Source of the DNA: Piedraia hortae CBS 480.64
Lineage: Eukaryota
Reading direction: 5' to 3'
Length of the DNA: 64,000 nucleotides
NCBI GenBank assembly: GCA_010093745.1
Contig: MU005989.1
Span: 2,776 to 66,775, forward strand
Shown here one piece after another: positions 44,259-56,648 of this stretch. The position numbers were made by a program, and so were the translations under genes. Below the pieces are notes generated by a model. It was not told where the DNA came from and ran no database searches. It worked only from the letters and a program-made list of their open reading frames with translations. Numbering within the stretch: the first letter of the stretch is position 1; every line of letters begins with the position of its first letter.

Positions 44259-45575
44259 TCCCCATCGAGTTAGTTGCCACGCACTGTCAAAATGGGTCCT
44301 GTATCTACATTACTCATGGGCAACCTTGCGGTTTTGATTCAACCAACAGACGCAAGAGCTGATCATCGCCTTAAATTTGCACATTCACATGCGGAAAGAG
44401 GATTGGACATACACTGAAATTTGGGGGAAAAATTAAAACCCCTCGCCCTCTCCCGTTTCATACAAGTTTAGGATGCTCTCCAACTGTCTCACTCTTGTCG
44501 GTTTTTTTTTGGATACCAAATGCGTACAAAATCACCTTGAATTTCCTTCGCAGGCTGAATCAGCCGGTGATTAAACTATGCGCGTACCGTTACCATCAAG
44601 TGAGAAGCTAGATTTTGATTGAGCACTGTACCATGCAAACAACCTGTAGTTTGCCTGTTCAAGACAGGCAGCTACAAGTCTTCAAACTGTATCTTCAGTT
44701 GTATTCTGAAAGCATTGCTTCGGTATATGAGGCAGGCCTGTATGCAATAACCCGATAGCAGCGCCGAGCAAGAGCCTCGGCACCATTTAAGATGATGAAC
44801 TGCTTTCAGACTCCTCATTTCCGAGAGTCTCCTTCAGTGGAAGATAAGAGCAGACTCCAGGAACACGTGACAGAACACCGGTTTGAAGGACGCATAGAGA
44901 CAATCGAGGACCAAGCTTGACGACAAAAAAACAGCAAAATGCACAAGCTCCTATAAATGTCGAGTTTGCTGCCAACGTAGCAATCGTGGAGATGGCTGAT
45001 GGCTAGCACCCACACATATAGGAATTTTATTTGCACTAATCTCTGGATAGGCAGGTTTACGTACACAACGGGTCGGCTTCTGACTATAACGCAAAGACAG
45101 AACTGTCATGGTATGCACACAACTAAGAGTGCTCTGAAAGCGAAGGCGTGGGCGGATAAGAGACTCAAATTTCTTCGCAAGTCTTTTTGATGAACCACTC
45201 GCTTGACTGCTTCTGCAACAGGCAAGATCAGTGTGCTAAATCTGCGTCCCCGTCAAAACACTGAGGTCTGGAAATATGTAGATACCTGCTTGCAAAAAAG
45301 CCCAACATCGGAGAGCTGCTCGCGTTATCTAACAGCCTTTTCTTCTCGGAGGTCGCTACAAGAGTGCGCACCTCGTAGAAGCAGGTTCTAACTTGTGATT
45401 TTCTCAACACGCTGCCTATGGTCGTTACCTACATCTGATCCTGTGGTGATTATCTGGCTAATTAACTCGACACCATAACTTCACACTGGGTGGGGCGAGC
45501 CAAGCAACCCCACCAACGCCAAAACCATACCACCACCATCGCTATCCCTCCTCCAAAGATAGCCCCAAACTTATC

Positions 45576-47086
45576 ATGTCCATACAATTCCAAATCGAAA
45601 CACACCTCCACAAACTCACCAACCAGCTCCTCTCCCCAGACCGCAAAGAAATAACAATCACACTTCCACGTCCAGCTAGATCAACCCCAACGAAAATCTC
45701 CTTCCCAGGTCGAAACGCAGATGAAGCATGGCGATTCAGTCCGTCTCTACCATCGCTGGGCGAGCAGCGTTGACCATACACAGCAGTCGTCCTGCGTTTG
45801 ATGGAGATGATCCACGAAGCATTGAGGAATGATACGGTTTTGTCGAAAAGGTGTGCAGAGCTTCCCTTTCATTTCACTGACCAGATTTCTTTCCTTGAAT
45901 ATCACTATCATTTGGTGCATGCAGGCCGGCATTCTTCCATGATTTGGATACCGTCGGGCAACATCCATCCGTTTTCTCACCTCCATTTACGTCCAGACAA
46001 CCACCCCCCCCCCTTTGCATCCCACCCCGCTAACCAGAGGAAAGAGACCTCTACTACCGCGATCCAGCCCTCTTCCGCACGCAAGCGACCGTGGACCGAT
46101 GGGTAGATATCCTCGCCGCCTCATTCGGCGTGAGCAGGGAACAACTGAACGTCACAGCTGCTGCGAAGGGGCTTGTAGCCGGAAATATCATTTTCACATT
46201 ACAAACCAATTATCGTACACCCTCTGGTGTGGGAGTGAGAAGAGAAGAAGCGACCTCTCGCGTAGCCTCTCAAACAACAGACGACGAAGAACCCCCCACC
46301 CGCGAAGCGACCCTCCTTCTCTCTGCCACATATCAACCGCCCGCCGCAGAGAAAGGAGAAGAACAAAACAATCCAACTCGCGAAGCATCCCTACCCCAAG
46401 GCGATCAGCACCAAACCCTCCGCCCCCCCACCTCCGGCTTCCTAATCCCCCCCACGCGAAGCATCACCCATCTCACCCTCCCCCGGAACATCACGGTCCT
46501 CGTCCTCGAAAAAGAAGCAACCTTCCGCTCTCTGCTGTCCACCCAATTTTGGCGCAGCCATTCATCCCACCTCGTGGCAATAACAGGGAAGGGATACGCA
46601 GATCTATCGACGCGGAGTGTGCTGCATAAACTGTGCACACCATCGAGGGTGAATGGACATGCTGCGCCAAAGGTCGTGGGGCTCGTGGATTGGGATCCGG
46701 ATGGGGTTAATATTCTTTTGGTTTATAGAGGTTTAGGAGGAGGGGATGGGGAGGCTTGCGTTGCTCGCACGGCTGCGACTGCGGCTGCGCCTGCGGCTCG
46801 CCCGGTTCCCGAACGGCTGGATGGCTCACTTTTCACGCCGCAGATTGAGTATCTTGGTTTGAGGAGTGAGCATCTCGCTTCGAATGAGAGGGGGGTTTTG
46901 GAGCTTACAGGGCGGGATCGGAGAAAGGCGGTAAGTATGCTCCGTCGGTTGAGAGAGGGGGAGGCGGAGTATAGAGAGTATAGAGATGCGTTGCAGGAGA
47001 TGTTGGTCTTGAACGCCAAGGCTGAATTGCAGGTTCTGGACGATGGAGAGGGGGTTGAGGGACTGTTAAGGGGGGTTTGTTGTTGA
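45576..47086 (+). CDS. SPO11: Meiotic double-strand-break transesterase, 3 exons
   Basis: ISFPGRNADEAWRF|TVVLR...SKR|DLYYRDPALF (catalytic Tyr; introns 45739-45783 and 45851-46044), LNVTAAAKGLVAG. Toprim motifs VLVLEKEATF, ITGKGYADLSTR, LVDWDPDG, KAELQ. Confidence 0.92.
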
Positions 47087-47261
47087 TTTGCTGCAGCTGG
47101 TGAAATGTTCTCATTTTCTGCTGCAAGAGATGGGCTGATTGTTGCAAGGGACTTACTCATGGCCGAAGCTGCGGTTGTACCAACCTAAGTGGTGCCATGG
47201 AGAAACAGCTGGGCTCGATTGAAAGAGTTTGATTGTCTCATTATACGCCGGATATAAATGC

Positions 47262-49610
47262 TCATACATCAACTTTAACCTTCTTCTCAGCAGGCTCGGC
47301 GGCTGCTTCCTCTGCCTTCCGCTTCTGCTGCTCTGCGGCAATGCGTTTTCTCGCCTCACGCTCCGCCTTTTCCTTTTCTCTGCGCAACGCTTTGCTTTCA
47401 AACTCGTGCCAGTCACCCTCAACATGCTCCAGCTCCAGCACCTGCTGAGCTGTGGGTTCCTCGGCCGTGAAATAAGCATGTTCGAGGACATCCGAGGCGC
47501 TAGGCCGGCTTGCTGGGTCGTAGACAAACATTGCACGCAGTAGGTCGAACGCTTCGGGGCTGACCTTTGCCTCGTACTTTTCTGCAAAGGTCGATGGTAT
47601 CTTCTGCGCCGGACGGAGCAGCTGGTACCATTGCAGATCGACAAGACCTGGCCATTCGTACCGCGACGGTGTGCCCATGACCTGGTAGATCTTGTTCAAT
47701 TGGCTGATCTCGCTGCCCTCACCGGGAAAGATGGCGTGCCGCGTGAAGATTTCCACAAGCACACAGGCCGCGCTCCAAATGTCCACCGCAGGGCCGTACT
47801 GCGTCTCGCCGAGAAGGAGCTCGGGCGACCGATACCAAATGGTTACGACGCGGTTCGTGTAATCCTGCTTGTGGTCTTTATGGTAGAAGCGGGCGAGACC
47901 AAAATCCGCAAGCTTCAACTGACCGGTCTTCGATATGAGGATGTTGGCGGCTTTAATATCGCGATGTAGGACGCCTCTTTTGTGCAGGTAATCCAAGCCT
48001 TCAAACATCTGCTTCGCCAAATGCTTTCGGTGCGCCGCAGAGAGGCTGAAGCTGGGGTGATTCAGCAGGCCAGTGAGATCGTGCGAGAGGTATTCAAACA
48101 CCATGAAGCAGTCGTTGCGCTCGACCATAACCTCCTGCAACGCCACCACATTGATGTGATTTAGCGACTGTAATAGTTTGATCTCCCGCGTGGCAGTCAC
48201 TGGAAAACCGTCCCTCTCGCCTTCCATTCGAATTTTCTTGAGCGCAACCATGCGGCCCGTATAGACATGCACGCCCTTGTATACCTTTCCATACGTTCCA
48301 CTGCCGACAACCGAATCGTTGCCAGTCTTGCGATAGTAGACGCTGGTGGACGCAGCGTGTTCGGCACACAGCTCCGGCCTTGGCTTGAGCCTTTTCTTCT
48401 TGACCACTTCCCGTCTGGTCTCTTTCTTGGACAGCAACGGTGACGTCGTACCGGGAGGCTTTTCATTAGACGGCTGCTTGGTGTGTCCCTTGATAGAAAA
48501 TGATATCAACTCCTTACGGGGTGCATCGACCTCCTTGGGAAGCTTCACCACGGATGGCAATGTGCGCTCTTTCTTGACGGTTTCGTCATCGGCTCGCAAA
48601 TCAGCAGACGGCCTAAAGGGATTCTCGTCGTCATTCGGGTCGGCTTCCCTCTCGGTATTCTCCTGCACGGCCTGACCACCTCTGCGGCCCTCGTTTGGAG
48701 TCCAAGATAGGTTCGCAAAGTGGCCCCGACCACGCTGCGAACCGCCACCGCGCTGCGACGCCTGGCTGCCCGAATGTGGGGCGCTGCCAAATTGCCGCGA
48801 TGGCTTGGGCTGGTAATACTGCACGCCCTGCGGTGCTGGCTGTTGTTGGTAATACTGCTGTTGCGGTATGTAGCCGGTTGCCCCTTGCTGCTGTTGGTGT
48901 GACTGATAGCCCGGACGCTGGTAAGGATAACCCCGGGAATACGGCGGCCCGTGGTTGTACATGTTGTCGCCGCGCGACGTGTGGTGGCTCTCTATGCTGC
49001 GGGACCTTCGGTACTGGCTATCTCGGCTGGGCCGGCGCGAGTGCGAATCGTGCGGTGAACGATAGGCGTAATCTGGCCGGGGAGGTAGATCAGGCCGCTG
49101 GGAGTGTTGACTGTAGCCGCCTCGACGACGGTTCATTCCACGACGGGGCGAGGGCGAGCGTCGGTAGCCGTCTTTGTCACGCAAAGGACTCCGGTATGGG
49201 TCTCTCGACCGCGATCTGTACCGCTCGAACCGCGTCTCCCTAGGCACAGTTCCTCCGTCGGCAGGCCGCGGGGATCTACGAGAGTAACCGCGGCGGTCAG
49301 GACTGCGGCGGCGGGACCGGTCGTATTGCGGCGAGCGAGAATATCTGACGGTTCGGCGCTGGGCCGTTTTTGAGCCTGCTGACGGCGAAAGTGAGGACTG
49401 TCGCTCACGGCGGGACTGTCTCGGGCTATAGCGAGAGCGTCGCGGAGAGCGGGAGAAACGGTCAAAGTCGTCGTACTCCGAGTCTCGATGGCCTCTCTGC
49501 GACTGCCGCGGACCACGCTCCCAATCTCTACTCTCGCTTCGGCCGCGATAAGAGCGGTGTGGACTGCTATATCGTGCGGCCGCCCGCCTCTTTTGGGGTC
49601 TGTCTGCCAT
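47262..49610 (-). CDS. CTK1: RNA Pol II CTD kinase (CTDK-I alpha, CDK12/13-like)
   Basis: RS-rich N-terminus, VGSGTYGKVYK, EGERDGFPVTATREIKLLQSL, HRDIKAANIL, DYTNRVVTIWYRSPELLLGET. First in-frame ATG is 49610. Confidence 0.93.
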   Translation of the reverse strand: MADRPQKRRAAARYSSPHRSYRGRSESRDWERGPRQSQRGHRDSEYDDFDRFSRSPRRSRYSPRQSRRERQSSLSPSAGSKTAQRRTVRYSRSPQYDRSRRRSPDRRGYSRRSPRPADGGTVPRETRFERYRSRSRDPYRSPLRDKDGYRRSPSPRRGMNRRRGGYSQHSQRPDLPPRPDYAYRSPHDSHSRRPSRDSQYRRSRSIESHHTSRGDNMYNHGPPYSRGYPYQRPGYQSHQQQQGATGYIPQQQYYQQQPAPQGVQYYQPKPSRQFGSAPHSGSQASQRGGGSQRGRGHFANLSWTPNEGRRGGQAVQENTEREADPNDDENPFRPSADLRADDETVKKERTLPSVVKLPKEVDAPRKELISFSIKGHTKQPSNEKPPGTTSPLLSKKETRREVVKKKRLKPRPELCAEHAASTSVYYRKTGNDSVVGSGTYGKVYKGVHVYTGRMVALKKIRMEGERDGFPVTATREIKLLQSLNHINVVALQEVMVERNDCFMVFEYLSHDLTGLLNHPSFSLSAAHRKHLAKQMFEGLDYLHKRGVLHRDIKAANILISKTGQLKLADFGLARFYHKDHKQDYTNRVVTIWYRSPELLLGETQYGPAVDIWSAACVLVEIFTRHAIFPGEGSEISQLNKIYQVMGTPSRYEWPGLVDLQWYQLLRPAQKIPSTFAEKYEAKVSPEAFDLLRAMFVYDPASRPSASDVLEHAYFTAEEPTAQQVLELEHVEGDWHEFESKALRREKEKAEREARKRIAAEQQKRKAEEAAAEPAEKKVKVDV

Positions 49611-50649
49611 TGGTGCGGTTGGAGATTGAACTGGCAAGAGTGCAGCTCTTGCAGCGCCCGTATCAAGCAATGAAATGAGAGAATATCCAGCAAGGCGCCA
49701 ACAGAAGCTTCAACTGTCGACTGTGGTTAATGATGGCGCCGGCTTTTATAGGTCCGGCTAAAAGGGTCGGGCCGCCTCAAGTCTTGGCAAACACCGTCGG
49801 TAATCCGCCGCCACACACTCGAGTTTACTAAACCCGTCGTACGGGTGTCTTGAGTGCTTAGTGGCGGTAGATGTAAATTGCGGTCAGAGCAGTCTCTTCT
49901 GCACGTAGGTCACCTCTTCCTGCCACATAGAAATGCCCCTTCCGATGTGTACGTGTAAAACATCGCGCTCCTCCTCTTGCAGTTGCTCGTGCCATACGGA
50001 TCAAGGAACAGCCCTGATCCTTATCCATGGTAAATTCACGGAGCAGAGTGAGACTATATACTGCAGTCGTTGAAAACCGTTGCCTTGGTGATCAGTCAGA
50101 GATGTTCTTGAGTAGTAGGTCAACAGCGGCATCGCTGGGTGAAAAGCATCAAATGCGCGTCATTGCCCTCAGAATGCATCATAGAGCAGCTATGCACCAT
50201 GGTAGCGATATAGCATCCGACAGCATGGTTGCTCAAAACCACGGGCGGCAGGTTTACCCTCGGTCACGGTTAGTGTTCAAGTAAGCTGGCATGAAGCCAG
50301 ATGACCGCCGAGAAGAGCAATACATTAATGCCAGCATTTCAGGTCAGAGCGTCGCGCGCACACCGATGCGGCCGCGGCGATGGAGAGTCAAGCTTCGCAG
50401 ATCCCTCGACGCATGGCTGAGGTTAGTATTGCCATACCATGGATCAATCAACTAATTCCAGTCATCACAGGCTCCAGAGCGGTGGAACAAAGTAACGAGC
50501 ACACGAATGCAGTATTCTGCCTTTGCGAAAATGGTGAGAAGGCTGATATGTTTGGGTGCCCCTCATTTGCACTCGCCGCTGCGCGAGACGTCACCTCTCC
50601 AACTCGCAACAAAACAGAATGTTTTCGAACGCGCCCGACTAAACACACC

Positions 50650-51290
50650 ATGGGGTATCTTTCATAAATTCCAAGAGCATTTTCTGGTCTACTAACGAGG
50701 AACAGATTCAAAGAATCCTTCCTCCAAATTCATGTCAATGAGCGACCGCCCCCGGGCACGCCCGCGCCCAAATTCCCCAGCCTGTACTGGCCCTTTCCCG
50801 TATCCGGGACGCAGGTCCAGTACCTCTACAAGCCAAAGGACATGTGGAAGTTTACCCTCTACTGGACCCTAATTTGCGTCGTGACGGTGCACTTGGCCGT
50901 AGCAGCGTATGCTTGTGGCGTTCACCTCTTGTTCAGGGGAGGGAAAAGAATAGGATCCCAGGATAATGTTCCCAAGGCTCGCCAAGGAGAAAAAGGCAGC
51001 CCTTCTAAGACAGGCCATCAACGCTCTAGTTATAAAATCCTAGTGATCATCCCGCTATACCTCTTTATCGGAGGCATGGAGGGTCTCATTGCAGGGAATG
51101 TGGTTGGTGGGCTGTACGTGATGATCCGTATGTTCAACCCCGTAGACTCGTGCTGATGGTGATGACTAGGCTAGGAGGCGTTTACAAATCAGGCTTCTTC
51201 CGCATGTCTACGTGGATCCCCTTTTCCTGGGGGCTCGCAAATGCTATGATGCTGGTTGTTTCGTCATTTGCTGTCCAGGGAGGGCTGTGA
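50650..51290 (+). CDS. Integral membrane protein (TMEM170-like), 3 exons
   Basis: Introns 50655-50705 and 51114-51169 give FPSLYWPF...YLY...DMWKFTLYWTLI...GGMEGLIAGNVVGGLLGGVYKSGFFRMSTWIPFSWG...SSFAVQGGL*. Confidence 0.75.
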
Positions 51291-51582
51291 TGGACGAACT
51301 GGAGATTTGAAATAGAACATCTGCCACTGAATGGCCCAAGTCAAACAACTTTCCAGAGTTTGAGACGAGGGATATTCCAGAACGACAAGCTAAACGAGCA
51401 AGCGATACCGGAAACAAACAAAACCTGCTTAAGAGCGGACAGAACATGCTAAAGATCAGGCAGAGAATGCTGGAAAAGAGAAACAAGCAGGCAAATCGCT
51501 GAGCAGTAGCGCATATACAACAGCAGGGTATCATACTATGAACATCCCCTAGGATCATTAAACGCCGTCACAGGTGCCGCTC

Positions 51583-52053
51583 TTATGCGATGACTCTTGC
51601 AGAGCGGGCTCCGGATCGTGCGTGCGATGAGGCGACCAGTCCATATTGTGTGCAAAGACCGAACTCTTCGAGAAACGTGACGCCCTTGCACCCGGGGTTC
51701 TTGTCGCAGCGGGTCAGACAGGCGTCCAAGTCGTGCGCCTGATCACGCTTGTGGAACGGACCTCCACGGCCTGGCGGCCCAGGATGACGACCAGTGGGAG
51801 GCCAACCACCGAACATAACGAGTCCAGTGTATTCTTTTCCGCAGTCCACGCCATACTTCTTACCGCCAGGATGAACAGTGGACAGGTTGTCAAGGTGCGG
51901 ACACACCGGTTTGGAGAATGGCGTCAACGCACCGTATTGCGGGTTGTTCGTCATATCCAGCTCGTGATGGTTGATTTCTTCAGCGGCGAGGGTCATGGTG
52001 GATCCAAGGCCCATAATACAGATCAGGAGAATCATCATCTTACGGAAGGCCAT
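51583..52053 (-). CDS. Small secreted cysteine-rich protein with PAN/Apple-like module
   Basis: Signal peptide, then CP...YGVDC...KR...LDACLTRCDKNPGCKGVTF....GLC. 156 aa. TATA (TATATAAA) about 30 nt upstream. Confidence 0.75.
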   Translation of the reverse strand: MAFRKMMILLICIMGLGSTMTLAAEEINHHELDMTNNPQYGALTPFSKPVCPHLDNLSTVHPGGKKYGVDCGKEYTGLVMFGGWPPTGRHPGPPGRGGPFHKRDQAHDLDACLTRCDKNPGCKGVTFLEEFGLCTQYGLVASSHARSGARSARVIA

Positions 52054-54632
52054 GGCTTGTTGACGTGAGTCGTCGGTGGGTTTATATAGTTGTCAGGGGC
52101 TGTGCGAGACAGGAGTTAGTTCTTGAACTTGGAATAGAATTGGTAGGCAGAAGGAAAAAATTACTCACCCCGTGGGTGAGGGGGCTGAGGAGGTGGCAAG
52201 AGCGTAAGATCTTTTTGAGGCAGAAGAGGACAAAAAAAGTGTGCCGTCATCATTTAGCGTGTGTTTGCTGCAGGCAGGCATGATATAGGACACGTGGGGC
52301 TGCGTGCATGTGCACGTACGTGCCCGATTTCAGATCAATTGCGGACCCGGTCTGGCCAATCGCGATGCTGGTTGTTTTTGGGGTAGAGGTGATTATCCTG
52401 GTGTAGACCCAGCCGATCCGACCTCATGGAACCACGTTCGACCCAGCGAAGCATGACGAGGCTGGTGGACCCGGACAGTCATGGAGGCATGACACCTATC
52501 AGGTCGATCAGCCCGTCAAGTTGCTATCTTCTTCAACAAGGCTGAAATCTGGTCAGCTGCTAGGCTGGCAAACGTGTCGGCAGCATACAATGAACCGTAG
52601 ATTCTAGGATTATTCAATTGTTTGACCAAGCATCTTGCACCACCAGAGACTCATGGCTCATTGCATCCGGTACATCAACAAAGTGGAGCTCAAATAATTG
52701 CCGACTTCTGTAAGGTCTCACCAGGTAACTAAGGGATTTATCCGGGCAATGACGAGCATCCATGAGTTGAGGGAGCTTGAGCAGTAGACGATCGACTAAT
52801 GAAAATGACCTCCATGTGCGAGATGAGTAACCTGTGCATTTTTTGGAAGTTTTACGTAAAGAGTGTTCTGTAGATTTCCATTACAGGATAATCTGCTTGA
52901 GAGGCTATTGATTGAGTCAAGTGCGAGGTCTCCATGCCACTAACATTCGTTGGATGATTGAAATGTACTCTTCATGGCTGACAGGAATCTGGCCACATAT
53001 CACGCATGCCCGGGATATCAATGCTTGGCTCCAATCCAGACGAGGAGAAGTCTTGTGCAGTCTACGAGAACCTGCAGTTGGCTTGTCATTGTCGAAATGA
53101 TGTGTATGGGTTTCTAGGTGTACTCCAGCTGCCAAATGCGATTCATTCATATGGGACCACAGTTCTCAAGGGAGCTTGAAAAATCCATAAGCCTCTTCAG
53201 GTGTAGCCACATGTAGCAATCAGAGGGCTAGCACGGCAGTGCCCTGCAATGTATTGAAGTGAGGACACCGGAGACGCACAATTCGGATAGTTTTGCGCTC
53301 GATATTTTGGTCAGTCACTAAACAGGCGGATTTTCAAAGAAGACTGGAACTAATCAGAGAAGTGAGCAGATTGTCCGTTCTGCAGTGAGTAAAACATTTA
53401 TGGCAGCAATTCGGCTTCTTCGGTTGTTATCTCAGAAAAGACCGCGAACGAGTTGTTCAGGAGCAGTCTATGATAGCACTTTCACGCTCCTGTCCACAAG
53501 CTACGTCAAGTGGGATTTTGGGGGCAGGCCTGATACGTCGGAAGACTCGATTCAGAAACGCCAAAAGTGGACCGGGCAGCCAGGAAGGACGGAAAAATTG
53601 CCGTTTTACTCGAGTAGCGTCGCCGACAATGGGTTATCATTGTCACTTTGCCAAGGTTGAACGAGCCCGGAAGATCGATGGGCCAACTCAGATGCAGGGT
53701 GCAGAATTTGTTTTTGTGAGAGAGGATGATCCTTGCCGTGAATGGAAACCCCCGGATGAGGGCTTGAGGACGTTTCCTGGCGATGAAAGGGTGAAGGTCG
53801 AACGGTGTCAGCCTTCACCGGGAGGCCGGGTGCTCCTACCTTTCGTTTTGGCATGCATTATTTGATTACCTCTTGCAAACACGTCGCACCCGCTGAAAAT
53901 CAAATTTGATAGGAGCTTCATATGATTCTTCAGCGTCTACAAGCCAAGTAACAAAACACGCTTGACACGGGCCGGAAGGTATTTTCAGTGCCGTAGTTAT
54001 CTGCTGACCCCCTAATGGTGCTACCAATAGTGCAAAGCTTGTTTAAATGACAGGTTCGACGACGTTCAACAATCTTGATAGCCGTTAATCTGTTCATCAA
54101 ACAAGCTTTGCAAAATGGTCCTCGGCGCGAGGCAAAAATGACCGAAGAACGGCCTGAGCGACTGTCAAGCGAAAGTCCAGCGCGTGTGAGGCATCAAATC
54201 CGTCAGCAATGGCATGGCCCATCAAATGCCTTTGCTGGTTCCTACAGTAAAGGGCTGTCCAATAGTCGCCGAGGGATTTTTGAATCTCGCTTTCTTTGTC
54301 GCAGGTTAATTCAGGGCGTCATGTGGGTGTCAAGTGGCTGACAGCCATGAACCTATTCATTGCTGCCATGGTAACAACACCTCCACCAGAACAACATGTA
54401 GCAGGATGTCGCTTTTACTTTCTTACAGCCGAAGCAACCATAAGAAGAGCATTACTTTTTCTCCGTCACACAGAGACGCACAAAAGCGGCAAATACCGTG
54501 GCAACGTGCACTGGATTGTAAGTTAATCAACATCCATTCATATAAGAAAATCTCACCAGCCTCCCCCTCCCCATTCCTTCTTCTTCTACTTCTTCTACCT
54601 CTCTCCTCGCCTCGAACACCTACACGCCAAAC

Positions 54633-55208
54633 ATGCTCCCAACCCTCCTATTCGGCCTCCTGGCCTCCAGCGTTCCTACCCTCGCGAACGTGACAGGCTG
54701 CAAAGATCCGTGCATGTCCTACCGCGAAGCGTCCCGCGTCGCAAACAACTTCCAAACCCTCATCGCGAACTACAGCGATGCTCTGGCAGACCGTGTGCTG
54801 ACAGTCGACTTTAATGATTGGTCGGACAGCGTCACGACTCTGATCGACAGTGGGTGCTCTTCCCCACAACCACTGGGGTCTGTTACTTTCGACAGCCGCG
54901 ACTCATTCAAGAAGGGACAAGGCTCGCAGCCGGCGATCCCATTCCAGATTCTGAACCTGTGGTACGCGTGTGATGGGCCGGTGGTTATCCGCTGGCGCTC
55001 AACGCAGGAGCCGGAGATTATCACGGGGAACATTGTCCTCGAGACGAAGCGTAGTGGGGATTACGGCGAGCCATGGTTAATCAAGACGGTCTATTCGGAG
55101 TTTAATTCGGGCGCGTGGTTGGTTAATCTGGGTGTCTTTAAGCCTACGTGTAATTCAACCGCGCAGCACAATGCGAGACGGGCTGCACCGATGAGAATCA
55201 GACAGTAA
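54633..55208 (+). CDS. Secreted protein, probably NTF2-like fold
   Basis: Signal peptide, ANNFQTLIANYS..LAD.VL..DF.DWSDS, F..GQGSQP.IPF.ILN.WY.C, IRWRS, IKTVYSEFNSGAWL. TATAAGAA at 54541. Confidence 0.75.
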   Translation: MLPTLLFGLLASSVPTLANVTGCKDPCMSYREASRVANNFQTLIANYSDALADRVLTVDFNDWSDSVTTLIDSGCSSPQPLGSVTFDSRDSFKKGQGSQPAIPFQILNLWYACDGPVVIRWRSTQEPEIITGNIVLETKRSGDYGEPWLIKTVYSEFNSGAWLVNLGVFKPTCNSTAQHNARRAAPMRIRQ

Positions 55209-55486
55209 GGATGTTGGAAGGTGGGGAGGTTACGGTTTATTTCGCTGGGTCGTTTGACCAGACATATTCATAATGCATAACGTTATCTGCCTTTTCTGTT
55301 CTTATGTAGTTGTCTTGATCCTCTGCCCCGCTGCCCCGCTACCCCACCACCCCGCCGGAAACAGCCCCACTGCGTTTCAAGAACTTCTCGGTGAAAAAAA
55401 AAGTTTCAGCGCACACCAAATATCGAACCACATACAAACAAGCTCCTACTCGAAACCCATCCATATCATCCTCAAATCCCCCAACC

Positions 55487-56017
55487 ATGGAAACCCTGCC
55501 CGACGAAACCCTCGACGAAATCCTCTACCTCTCACGCATCGGCGACGGCGACGAACTCTTCAGCTACCTCTCCACCCTCAGCCTCTCCCCAAGCGAAACC
55601 CTCCGTTCCGCCCACGACCCATACACAGGCAACACACCGCTCCACTACGCCAGTGCAAACGGGCACGCATATCTCGTGGAGCGGCTTATAACCGATGGGG
55701 GGATGGATATCAAAATTCGGAATAAAGAGGGGAATACACCGCTTCATTGGGCGGCGCTTAATGGAAAGTTGGAGAGCGTAAAAGTGTTGGTGAAAAGGGA
55801 TAAGACTGCCGTGTGGGAGAAGAATCATGCGGGGTTTTTGCCCGTTTTTGAGGCGGAGAGGAATGGACAAGAGGGTGTTGTGGTGTTTCTGTTGAGGGAG
55901 GCGGGGGGGCTGGAGGATGAGGGTGAGGAGAAGGATGGGTTGGATGGGTTGGATGGGTTGGATGGGGAGGTGGAGAGCATGGGGATTAATGAGGGTGGAA
56001 ACGATGGGGGCGGTTGA
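55487..56017 (+). CDS. YAR1: Ankyrin-repeat protein, Yar1-like (Rps3 chaperone)
   Basis: LDEILYLSRIGD, GNTPLHYASANGH, NKEGNTPLHWAALNG, acidic tail with a (GGATGGGTT)x3 repeat. Confidence 0.75.
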   Translation: METLPDETLDEILYLSRIGDGDELFSYLSTLSLSPSETLRSAHDPYTGNTPLHYASANGHAYLVERLITDGGMDIKIRNKEGNTPLHWAALNGKLESVKVLVKRDKTAVWEKNHAGFLPVFEAERNGQEGVVVFLLREAGGLEDEGEEKDGLDGLDGLDGEVESMGINEGGNDGGG

Positions 56018-56058
56018 TGTTCTGGTTGAGGAAGAAGGAACAGCCCCAGAGCAATAAT

Positions 56059-56648
56059 NNNNNNNNNNNNNNNNNNNNNNNNNNNNNNNNNNNNNNNNNN
56101 NNNNNNNNNNNNNNNNNNNNNNNNNNNNNNNNNNNNNNNNNNNNNNNNNNNNNNNNNNNNNNNNNNNNNNNNNNNNNNNNNNNNNNNNNNNNNNNNNNNN
56201 NNNNNNNNNNNNNNNNNNNNNNNNNNNNNNNNNNNNNNNNNNNNNNNNNNNNNNNNNNNNNNNNNNNNNNNNNNNNNNNNNNNNNNNNNNNNNNNNNNNN
56301 NNNNNNNNNNNNNNNNNNNNNNNNNNNNNNNNNNNNNNNNNNNNNNNNNNNNNNNNNNNNNNNNNNNNNNNNNNNNNNNNNNNNNNNNNNNNNNNNNNNN
56401 NNNNNNNNNNNNNNNNNNNNNNNNNNNNNNNNNNNNNNNNNNNNNNNNNNNNNNNNNNNNNNNNNNNNNNNNNNNNNNNNNNNNNNNNNNNNNNNNNNNN
56501 NNNNNNNNNNNNNNNNNNNNNNNNNNNNNNNNNNNNNNNNNNNNNNNNNNNNNNNNNNNNNNNNNNNNNNNNNNNNNNNNNNNNNNNNNNNNNNNNNNNN
56601 NNNNNNNNNNNNNNNNNNNNNNNNNNNNNNNNNNNNNNNNNNNNNNNN
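56059..56648. other. Assembly gap (590 N)
   Basis: Run of N. Confidence 1.
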
